Shown here: piece by piece, positions 8,167 to 17,700 of the stretch
Layout: each line of letters begins with the position of its first letter
How positions within the stretch are numbered: the first letter of the stretch is position 1
NCBI GenBank assembly: GCA_963667035.1
Contig: OY762964.1
Location: forward strand, 288,001 to 352,000
Reading direction: 5' to 3'
DNA from: Candidatus Cloacimonadales bacterium
Lineage (GTDB): Bacteria > Cloacimonadota > Cloacimonadia > Cloacimonadales > JAFGVF01
DNA: 64,000 nucleotides
Made by a program: the position numbers and the translations under genes
Notes under the pieces: model-generated
Seen by the model: only the letters and a program-made list of their open reading frames with translations
Databases searched by the model: none
Told to the model about the DNA's origin: nothing

Positions 8167-10947
8167 TTATTTTAAAAGCATAGCTTTTGTTACACCTTCG
8201 TAATCGGAAGTTTTCATACGTATGAAGTAAACACCACTTGAGACGCTCTTACCTGATTCATCTTTCCCATCCCAATCAATCTGATGAAAACCTTTGTCAT
8301 AATATCTATTAATTATGTCTCTAACCTTTTTCCCTCTAACATCATAGATATTTATTATTACATTATCTCCCTCAGCAAGATTGAACGAAATCTTGGTTGA
8401 AGGGTTGAATGGGTTAGGGTAACAAGTATTAATAGCTGTTTCCTCAATAATGACCGGAGGTCCATCTTCATAATCTCCTTCTAGATTTGCTACAACAGGA
8501 CCAAAGAGATGAGTTGTGCCATCTATGTCAACGCACTCTAACCAGTACCAGTAAGAATAACCTTCAAAAACTTCACTATCAGTGAATGAGTATGTCTTTT
8601 GAGTGTTCTGAACGCTTACCGGATTAGTAATCATGACATTGATTTTATCTGATAGTTCCCATTGTTCGGTTGCTGACCTATAAAGATAATATCCACTCAC
8701 TCCGTTTTCTGTCTCAGTAATCCAAGTTATCGTTACATTTTTATCTTCAGTACTTACTGCATTAAAGAATGAAAGTTCTACAGGTAATACGGATCCTTCA
8801 ACAGCTTCACCTATTGGGAAATTGCCTTGTATACCATTATCATATTCTCCTGATGCCGAAATGCCATCATTAGGTATTGTTGCTTTTATCACATGTCCCA
8901 TTACCGCAGTATCACTTAATGATGCTGTAAAGAAAATGTAACTTTCAGTAGAAGTTATGACGGCAGATAAGCCTGTCCAAATCAGATTTGCATTAAAGTC
9001 TTTTGATGTACCTATTTGAGTAGCAGTTGAAGTGCTGAAGGTAGGATTGCTACTATGCCAAATCTTGAAAGATCCTGCATCAAAATCACTTGTAACAACA
9101 CTACCAGATATATCAATGTCAAGTTGAGTTATACTGGTAGAACCGCAATTAGTGCTTAAATCTAACCTAAAATATGGACCTTGGGAACTATGCATAACAT
9201 AATCTGAAGCATATCCTGTATAAACAGCAGGCTTTAGGTATTTCTCGGTGACTGTCAATCCGGTAAAAGAGATATCTTCATTCATGGTTATGTCACTACT
9301 ATCAATTGAAAGTGATACATTGTCAGTATCATCAACAATATTACTTAATCTCATTGCAACAAATACAAAGCCACCATTAGAATCAAATGATTGGTTGAGT
9401 CCGGTGAATGCTACTAAAGAACTGTATGGTTGGCCTGTTCCAAGTTGGCTATCAGAAGCAACATTAAAATTGGAGTCTGTACTATAGAAAAGACCAATCC
9501 CGGCAGAGTGGAAATCTGAAGCAGAAGCAGTTCCACTAAAGTTAATATCTAATGCAGAAAGAGTAGCACTAGATGAGTTTGTCATTAAGTCTAAATATGC
9601 TATGGGTTGCCAATCACCTAAAGAGTAACCGTTTAACGGTTGTCCGGAATTTGTCTCGTACCCGGTTATTGTACATGTTACTGTTACTGCTACATAATGT
9701 ACCATGCTACTAGTGAACGACGTAATACTATTACCGGCTCTATCGTGAAATTCGATTTGGAAATAATAATCAGTATCGTCTGTTAATGTATTAAAGCCTG
9801 TTACATTTTCAACTGATGTTGTGCTTGCAATTAAATTAGAACCATCAAGAGTTATAGATTTAGCACCGGAAGTATAAATCCCATCCATTTGAACAGTAGA
9901 TACTTCAACTAAAGAGGAATTAAGAATTTTTACATAAATTCCATCATCAATGGATTGTTCATCCAAGTTAAAACTGATTGATATATCAGAGCCACTACCA
10001 TCTAAAACAACTAATGAGGATGGGCGATTGATAGATGTATCATATTGAAGTATATTCCAATCAGAGACTGCCTCAGTGTTTCCTGAAATATCCCTATAAC
10101 CTATAGCAACATAATAAGTTGTTCCATTAGTTAAACTTGATGCTCCGGTAACACTATCAATATCACTATCACTAGTTGAAATCGAACTTGCATTTATCTC
10201 AAAAGTCCTTGCTCCTACAGCTTCATGAGCCGAAGATAACTCAATTGTAGTTGACGGTGATGAACCATCGGAGTTAGTAGAAAAATATAGTTTTACACTA
10301 TTAGCTAATGCAGCTTCAGTCAGTGAGTAGCTAATCCCAAGACTACTATTATCATAAGTAGGGATAGTTGTACTTGAAGGTGTAGTTAATACAGGAGCTT
10401 CTGTTGAATTATCTATGACAGTTTCCAAATAACTTTGCCAACCTGCCTCCGGACTCCCAGATGTTAATGGGTATGAACCACTTATAGCAAAATGAGAAGA
10501 GTACCTTTGAGCATTATAGATATTGAAGTCACCATCTTCACCATAAAATCCGAGCATCAATTGAAATGATTGTGCTCCGGTTACTATCGTTGGCATAGTA
10601 AATGAAAATTCTGCTGTTTTGTCAGTACCGGTTACACCAGTATATGTGAAACCTGATATGTTTATTCCTACAGAAGAAATATAAGTCCCTGAAGAAGGGA
10701 CACTACTACTGTACCAATATAATCTTACTTTATCAAGATTAGTAGAACTAAAGTATGGTCCTAATATCGACTCCATCAAGACAGGATCATATTGTACTTT
10801 GACACTAATCTGTTCGCCAGCTTCAGCTCCAAAATCAGTGGTGCCTTCGCTACCATGCATACCAATCCAGTCCAGACTAATGGATTGAGCGTAAACACTA
10901 CCTATAAATACAAGGAGTATAATAACAAACAAATACCCTTTCTTCAT
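8167..10947 (-). CDS. secreted Ser/Thr-rich repeat protein with FlgD-Ig/T9SS-type C-terminal domain
   Basis: Signal peptide, two pairs of internal repeats, LPVELSFF domain and CYPNPFNP...WDGKDESGKSVSSGVYF C-terminus. No catalytic motif recognised. Confidence 0.8.
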   Translation of the reverse strand: MKKGYLFVIILLVFIGSVYAQSISLDWIGMHGSEGTTDFGAEAGEQISVKVQYDPVLMESILGPYFSSTNLDKVRLYWYSSSVPSSGTYISSVGINISGFTYTGVTGTDKTAEFSFTMPTIVTGAQSFQLMLGFYGEDGDFNIYNAQRYSSHFAISGSYPLTSGSPEAGWQSYLETVIDNSTEAPVLTTPSSTTIPTYDNSSLGISYSLTEAALANSVKLYFSTNSDGSSPSTTIELSSAHEAVGARTFEINASSISTSDSDIDSVTGASSLTNGTTYYVAIGYRDISGNTEAVSDWNILQYDTSINRPSSLVVLDGSGSDISISFNLDEQSIDDGIYVKILNSSLVEVSTVQMDGIYTSGAKSITLDGSNLIASTTSVENVTGFNTLTDDTDYYFQIEFHDRAGNSITSFTSSMVHYVAVTVTCTITGYETNSGQPLNGYSLGDWQPIAYLDLMTNSSSATLSALDINFSGTASASDFHSAGIGLFYSTDSNFNVASDSQLGTGQPYSSLVAFTGLNQSFDSNGGFVFVAMRLSNIVDDTDNVSLSIDSSDITMNEDISFTGLTVTEKYLKPAVYTGYASDYVMHSSQGPYFRLDLSTNCGSTSITQLDIDISGSVVTSDFDAGSFKIWHSSNPTFSTSTATQIGTSKDFNANLIWTGLSAVITSTESYIFFTASLSDTAVMGHVIKATIPNDGISASGEYDNGIQGNFPIGEAVEGSVLPVELSFFNAVSTEDKNVTITWITETENGVSGYYLYRSATEQWELSDKINVMITNPVSVQNTQKTYSFTDSEVFEGYSYWYWLECVDIDGTTHLFGPVVANLEGDYEDGPPVIIEETAINTCYPNPFNPSTKISFNLAEGDNVIINIYDVRGKKVRDIINRYYDKGFHQIDWDGKDESGKSVSSGVYFIRMKTSDYEGVTKAMLLK

Positions 10948-11191
10948 ACGCTTACCTTCCTTTTATTTATCACTTTAATATTATTCAAAAATCATTTCTC
11001 GCACATGTTAAAACATAATAATCAATATTTCTACCAAATCAACCTAATTCTTCCGAGAAATTTTGCCAAGTATTTTCTTTTTTTTCAAATTTTACAGAAA
11101 CTTAACCAACATTAAGAAGCCTTTATATGTTGATGTAGCTATTTTTACTTTACATATTACTAAGTATTTTTTGTTTGATACTGAGGTGATT

Positions 11192-12079
11192 ATGTATATA
11201 TTTCTAGTTTATAATAATGGAGCAGGAAATCTAAAAGCTAAGAAGCTATTTAATAGGGTAACAGAATTGTTAAGTATTCATGAAATTACTTATGATTTGT
11301 TCATTCCAAGGTACCATAAGCACGCAATTGATGAAGTACAATATAAAGAATTATCTAATTATGATGCGATTATCGCTGCCGGAGGGGATGGGACAATTTT
11401 CGAAGTAGTTAATGGTTACATGGCTAACTCATGTTTAACTAAGCCTCCATTAGGTTTTATACCCCTTGGTACAGGGAATGCTTTTACCAGAGAATTTTTT
11501 TCCGATGATAAATCTTGGGAAAAAGCGATTAAAGTGATTGCAAACAATAACATAAAGTATATTGATGTTATGAGAGCTACAAATTATAAACGGAGTTTTT
11601 ACTTTGTTGGAGTCATGGGATTTGGATTATTAACACTAGCTACAAGTATGGGAACGCCACTAAAAAAAATTGGACCATTAAGCTATGTCATCGCAGGAAT
11701 TTTTGCTTTGCTGTTACAAAAAAGTATTGAATTGGAGTTATCAATTGATAACGAGATAATCAAGACAACTTCCTTACTTTTGTGTTGCTCAAATACACAA
11801 TACATTTCAAATTTGTTAATTGCACCTAAAGCATCTCATCAGGACGGTCTTATTGATGTAGTAAATGTGAAGAATATGAGCAGATCAAAACTGCTTGGTT
11901 TAATTCCACTTGCGTTTTCCGGAAAACATGTTAACAGAAGTGAAGTGGAGTATTACAAAGCTGAAAGAGTTGCGATTGTCTCAAAACCTAAAATTATTCC
12001 TTCTCCGGATGGAGAGTTTGTTGAGAAAACTCCTATAAGTATTGAATGCTTAAAACAAATTCTTCCGGTGTTAGTCTAG
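11192..12079 (+). CDS. diacylglycerol kinase (YegS/DAGK) family lipid kinase
   Basis: Start reassigned to ATG 11192 after GAGGTG. GGDGT, IPLGTGNAF and DGE motifs. Confidence 0.88.
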   Translation: MYIFLVYNNGAGNLKAKKLFNRVTELLSIHEITYDLFIPRYHKHAIDEVQYKELSNYDAIIAAGGDGTIFEVVNGYMANSCLTKPPLGFIPLGTGNAFTREFFSDDKSWEKAIKVIANNNIKYIDVMRATNYKRSFYFVGVMGFGLLTLATSMGTPLKKIGPLSYVIAGIFALLLQKSIELELSIDNEIIKTTSLLLCCSNTQYISNLLIAPKASHQDGLIDVVNVKNMSRSKLLGLIPLAFSGKHVNRSEVEYYKAERVAIVSKPKIIPSPDGEFVEKTPISIECLKQILPVLV

Positions 12080-12861
12080 CTTGTTATTACAACTTCTAAA
12101 ATTCTAAAGAACTCATCTTTTGCTTCTTTTTCTCTCCAAGGATCATGTCCACAATTCTCTAATAGATAGAATTCATAATCCAAATCAGTCTCAAATAGAG
12201 GAAAATATACCCCTTCCCATGGATGGGGATCCCAATCACCATGGATAGCAATAATTTTACACTTTACTTGTAGCAACTTACTTATTAGTTTACCACTCTC
12301 TCTTAAAGCTGATGCTTCTCCCCAGACTTTAGTATGAATCTCAAAATTGAAGCCTTTGTCTTGAAATTTTTCTTCTAGTGGATTATAATTATCGTTCATA
12401 CATAAATATGAAGCATATTCCATGAACAATTTATCTTTAGCCTCATTTGGCAATGTTGCCATTTTTTCTTGTATTTTTTCAATTGCTTGTTTATCTTCAT
12501 CTGTCAATCTTGAGATTCTTGTTGGTGTTATAGATTTGGCATAAGAACACTGGAAAGGTCCACTACCAACTAAAATAAGCTTGTAAGTTAGTTCTGGATA
12601 TTTCGCAGATAATAGGATAATCAACCAAGCCCCCCAAGAATGTCCAATTAACACAACAGGAATCTCTGCATATTGTTTAATTAAAGATGCTAATTCCTCA
12701 ATTTGAGAATCGATACTAAACTTGGTCTGGATTGCTTCAATCACACCAAACCGTTGTTTTAAAGCATCAGCTATTGCTTCTAATCCTCCATTAGCTCCAG
12801 GTCCTCCATGAACAAGAATAACCTTGTATGGCATACTCCCATGTAATATCACATTACCCAT
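12076..12861 (-). CDS. alpha/beta hydrolase
   Basis: HGGPG, GHSWG nucleophile elbow, HGDWDP and CGHDPW motifs. Confidence 0.88.
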   Translation of the reverse strand: MGNVILHGSMPYKVILVHGGPGANGGLEAIADALKQRFGVIEAIQTKFSIDSQIEELASLIKQYAEIPVVLIGHSWGAWLIILLSAKYPELTYKLILVGSGPFQCSYAKSITPTRISRLTDEDKQAIEKIQEKMATLPNEAKDKLFMEYASYLCMNDNYNPLEEKFQDKGFNFEIHTKVWGEASALRESGKLISKLLQVKCKIIAIHGDWDPHPWEGVYFPLFETDLDYEFYLLENCGHDPWREKEAKDEFFRILEVVITS

Positions 12862-12943
12862 AACTTATCACCTTTTTACAGATTTTCATTGCCAGAGTTA
12901 TAATTCTTGTAATAATGCATTTTGAAAAGGAATTTATTATATC

Positions 12944-14023
12944 ATGGTTTTTAGTTATTATCTCATAAAAATACCGTATTGCATAGCATGGTATACTCTT
13001 AGAATATTCAGACGTAAAAGAAAAGGTTACTTTTATTGTGGCGATTTATTTGATATTGAGATTTTCAAATCTGTAAGCAAGTTTTTAGCAACAATTCCGG
13101 TAATTGCGAAAAACAAGAAAGTTAAAGAACAGCTTTCTAAAATGGGTATTAACTCTATATTACTTCCTCGCTTTCCCGATTATGTTATTATGACTAGACA
13201 TGCTGCCCATAAATTTCCTTGTAATAGAATTACTCGCATTGGAATGCGGCATGGTCCATATCATTTCAAAAATTATACTAATGCATCTAACTATAACATG
13301 TTTGATGTATACTTTATGACTAGTCCTGAGGATGTTAGAATTGGCTCTAAAAAAGGAATTAAGAGTGCTATCGGAGTCGGCTACCCTAAACTTGATTGTG
13401 CTTTCGATGGAACTTATACTCAGGATTATCTAGATTCCATAAGGCAAGAGTATTGTTTGGTTAAGCATAAACCTACCGTACTTTTTTCTGCTACATGGGA
13501 AGGATCCGGTATGTCAGCAATTGATAGATGGGCTAATAAATTATCATCACTCACTTCAAAATACAATGTGCTTGTTACTCTACACCCTTGGGTAAGTGAT
13601 AACTATCGTGAAATTATCTCTTTAACTGAGGGGGTTGTTGTAATTGAAGATAATGATCTAGTGCCTTGGATTATGATTTCTGATATATGTGTAGGTGATA
13701 CATCTTCAGTTCTTGCTGAGTTTTCAGCATTAAACAAACCAGTTATTACTTTTAAAGTACAACGAGCAAATAGACTTACTGAAGAGATAATCAAACTACT
13801 TGACTTCTTCACATATAGAGTAGACACTTTTGATGAGTTACGAATAAAATTAAGAGAAGTTATTCATACTGATAATTTAGATCAAGCAAGAATTCAAGCT
13901 AATAGGATAATGTTCAATCATTTGGATGGCTCAGCAGGATTAAGGATAGCTTCAACTATTGTTAAGTTAATACCTGAGTTAAAACTTCCACAGATTGATT
14001 ATTACTTGGAAAATGTTGATTGA
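12944..14023 (+). CDS. CDP-glycerol glycerophosphotransferase (TagF-like) family protein
   Basis: GYPKLD, LFSATW, LHP and SDICVGDTSS..EF..LNKPVI motifs. Confidence 0.8.
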   Translation: MVFSYYLIKIPYCIAWYTLRIFRRKRKGYFYCGDLFDIEIFKSVSKFLATIPVIAKNKKVKEQLSKMGINSILLPRFPDYVIMTRHAAHKFPCNRITRIGMRHGPYHFKNYTNASNYNMFDVYFMTSPEDVRIGSKKGIKSAIGVGYPKLDCAFDGTYTQDYLDSIRQEYCLVKHKPTVLFSATWEGSGMSAIDRWANKLSSLTSKYNVLVTLHPWVSDNYREIISLTEGVVVIEDNDLVPWIMISDICVGDTSSVLAEFSALNKPVITFKVQRANRLTEEIIKLLDFFTYRVDTFDELRIKLREVIHTDNLDQARIQANRIMFNHLDGSAGLRIASTIVKLIPELKLPQIDYYLENVD

Positions 14024-14696
14024 TTCACATTGCCATTTGTCCCATTTCGATAATCTTGATATTATTCTTCAAGATGCATATAGAAATGGAGTTAAGAAGA
14101 TTGTTACTAATGCATTGAATGAAAAAGAACTGATAGAATGTGATAACTCCTATGGTATAGAAATTGTTCAGTATGCAGGAGTACATCCTTACTCCAGGGA
14201 TATGTATAAGAGCTTGTTTGATAAACTTCCAGAATTGATTGAATTAAAGAAGATAAGGGGAATAGGAGAGGTCGGACTGGATTCTAGAGATAATAATCCG
14301 GCTTTTCAAAAAGAGTTATTGTGTAATCAATTGGATATAGCAGTTCAATATGATATTCCTGTTTCATTTCATTGTGTTAGGAAATATTATGAGTTAGCCG
14401 GGATTATTAAAAAGAGTTTCCCCAATGTAAGAGGTACACTTCACGGGTTTATAGGAAGCAAAGAAATTACTGATTTGTTTTTTCCATACAACATAAGATT
14501 TGGTATACATCCGGGAGTTCTTAGTTCAAGAAAAACACTTAGACAGTTATTATCATTATCAATTGCTAAAAAGCTATCTCTTGAAACAGATGCTCCATAT
14601 TCTCATCATAAGAATTATCAAATGGACATTATCCCATATACTACATTAAAACGATTTTGTTCACATTTATCTAGTGAATACGGTATCAACATCTGA
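14013..14696 (+). CDS. TatD family hydrolase
   Basis: IDSHCH, GVHP, GEVGLD and LETDAP motifs; start at ATG 14013 overlapping the upstream gene. Confidence 0.88.
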   Translation: MLIDSHCHLSHFDNLDIILQDAYRNGVKKIVTNALNEKELIECDNSYGIEIVQYAGVHPYSRDMYKSLFDKLPELIELKKIRGIGEVGLDSRDNNPAFQKELLCNQLDIAVQYDIPVSFHCVRKYYELAGIIKKSFPNVRGTLHGFIGSKEITDLFFPYNIRFGIHPGVLSSRKTLRQLLSLSIAKKLSLETDAPYSHHKNYQMDIIPYTTLKRFCSHLSSEYGINI

Positions 14697-14714
14697 TATG
14701 TTAATGCATAATTA

Positions 14715-14745
14715 TAAAAGCCCCTGATTTTCAGGGGCTTTATTT
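14715..14745. terminator. bidirectional intrinsic terminator
   Basis: AAAGCCCCTGA-ttt-TCAGGGGCTTT hairpin between convergent genes. Confidence 0.8.
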
Positions 14746-14762
14746 ATTTAGACGATTTTAGA

Positions 14763-17700
14763 CTACTTTATAAGTATCATCTTTCGTGATTTAGTATAAG
14801 TTCCAGAATGCATTTTATAGAAATAAACACCACTGGATACTTGTTTCCCGTTATTATCGATACCATTCCATACAACACTATGATGACCAGCATTGAAATC
14901 ACCGTCAGCCACAGTTGCTATTCTCTGACCTTTGATATTATAAACATCAATTGTTACAGGTGAGTTTTCTTTAAGGTCGAAGTTAATGGTGGTTTCCGGA
15001 TTGAATGGGTTAGGATAGTTACCACATAGGGCTGTTCTATCTGGGATAGCAACTTGTCCGTGTGAATCAAGTGTTGCACCGTTATTCATAACTTCAATAT
15101 CATCGATCATTAGGAAGAATGTTTCATCGGATATACAGTGGAAAGCAACACGAATCAGTTGAGTGGCATAATTATCAAGTTCGATATGATGCAGACTCCA
15201 TTCTTGAGATGCTTCGATTGGAGAATCTCCAGAAATAACTGTGAAGTCCTCAGGTTCATTTCCTCCGTTAGAGATTGCTACTTCAATAAGTTCAGGTCCA
15301 AACTGAGTTGTATATGAACGAACTTTGAAGTTAAGATAAGCAGTCTCATTGGTTAACTGAATCTTAGGAGTGATTAACCAGTCATCATTAGGACCGGATT
15401 CTGCAGAGAAGCAAGCCCCGTATTTATCTCCACTAAATGCATCAGCAAATTGTAGTGGTGGAGTTGTACTACTTGGATTGAATATGATAAATGACATTGG
15501 GTCAGTATCACCAGGGAATGAAATTCCGTTAGTAAAGCCAAATGTATCTTCTCCATCAACATCAAGAAGAGTCCAGTATTGCATAGAAGTTGCAAAATCA
15601 TCATAGCTTTCGAAATCTTCTGCTATAATAGGAGGATCAACTCCTATAAATGTTACCATCACTGAATCACTGGCTACAGATTCGCCGGCAGGTGCTGAGT
15701 ATATGGCTGTTATCTTGTATTCATATGTTTCATCAATTACTGGTGTTGTGTCAAGATAGAATAAAGATGTAACAGGATCAGTATTTATGATCGAATCATC
15801 ACGGTAGACATTGTAACCTTCAAGCTGTCTTGTTGCCGGGATAGGAGCTCCCCAAGTAAGATTAACTCCTTGATAAGTAATTGTATAGGCTAGATTTATC
15901 GGTTCATCAAATCCGGAAGGTCTAACAGGATTATCTGTTGAAATCCAAAGTTTGTAATCTCCTGTACTCCAACGAGTAGTTGGTTCTGTTGGTTCAGGAT
16001 GCTGTTCCAATATTTGATTATCTTTAGCCTTAGCTTTATTTATAGAGGAAGTTAATGTATTCTTATTACTACCAGCAAAACTATCATTTTTCGAAACTCT
16101 AACCTCTTCTTCTTCCGGTGAGTTATCGCTTCTGGCAATTCTGAGATAATAGAAACCGGAGGCTTCTGTATCGTCCGGTACATTATATACAATATGAGGA
16201 TTCATATTATCATTCCAACTATCATCATCAAAATCTACTGCCGAGAATTCATCTATGTCCATATTAGCTTCATCATAAGGACCATACAAGAATGCTGCTA
16301 AATCAATTGTTGAACCATTAGCGTTCTCGGTATGGATATCCAGTTCAGCAGGGGCTGTTTGCCAGAATACATACCAATCAACATCTGTTTCTGGCTGAAT
16401 AATTGCTTCATATTCCTCTACAAGGTCATCGTATAAAGCAAATTCAATCGCTTGAGTTGATGAATCGTTGGTATCTTGAACAAATCCGTAACCATGAAGA
16501 GATATCTCGTACGTATTACGAACTTCTTCTTCAGGAACAAAGTCATCTACAATAGTCAACATTCCTGTTTTATGACCTACAGATGTAGGAGAAAAAACTA
16601 TGTCCATTGTTGCTTGGGTTCCTTGAGCTATACTCAAAGGATAAGTATTATTGTCAGTAATCTCGAATTGATCGATATCATCTCCGGTTAGTGTAGGTTG
16701 ATTGGCTATCACTATAGTAGTATCAGTAAAGTTACGCATCCTCAGTTGGAATACATCTGAATCATCGTTTACTGTCACAACATTAAACTCAATGTCAGTT
16801 GGTATCATCAAGCCGTTTCCTCCATCGGAAAGATCGCCTGGTGTCTGTGCATAGCAAATAGCCATTGGATCATTGATAGGACCACCAACACCGTTATTTC
16901 TATATTGATGTCCGATTGTACCGTCTGCATTTTCAATTCCTACACAAGTATCTCCGATAATGGAATTTAAATCTATATCTCCATTAGGGTTAACATAGTT
17001 ACGATATTGAATTTTAATTCTTCCACTCTGATAAAGGATAACCTGAACGTCTATATACTCAGCAGGGTCATTGTAATCATCATACATTAAGGCTGTATAT
17101 ACAAAATTACCCTCTTCATCATTACCATAAGTAAGAGTAGATGGAATATCCTCCGGATCAGAGTCCATAGCCAAGAATGCTATTAAATCATTAGGAGCTT
17201 CACTATTAGGTATTGCTAGATTGGTATGTGCAACATGATTAGAATTATAATTAGAGAACTGTATTGTTCCATTAGAACAAATTGATAGTTCTGTGTAGTC
17301 ATTTCCAAAGAAGTTAAAAGTAAATCCAATAGGAACAGTCCAATAGCCATCATCGTAGCTTCCTGTCGTTATATTTGCACCATTAAGAGTTGTTTCATTA
17401 TCCGATATTTCAACCCATTCAAATAGCGGCTGATGTCCAAGTCCATTACCGGCATCAGTACTATTGGCAAAGTAATAACCTCCATATAAAGTACCATCTC
17501 CGCCATAGTTCTGATTAGAGTTAGTAGTAAATGACCAGATAGGACAATTTATTGCATCTCCAACAAAGTTGTAAGGAACAATTTGCCAGTAATATGTTGT
17601 TTCGAACTGAAGAGGTGTGGTAACTTCATATGAGGTAACTAAACCTAAATCCAAGCCGTTATTAATATCGGTTGGAGGATTATCTGATCCCAAGTATAGT

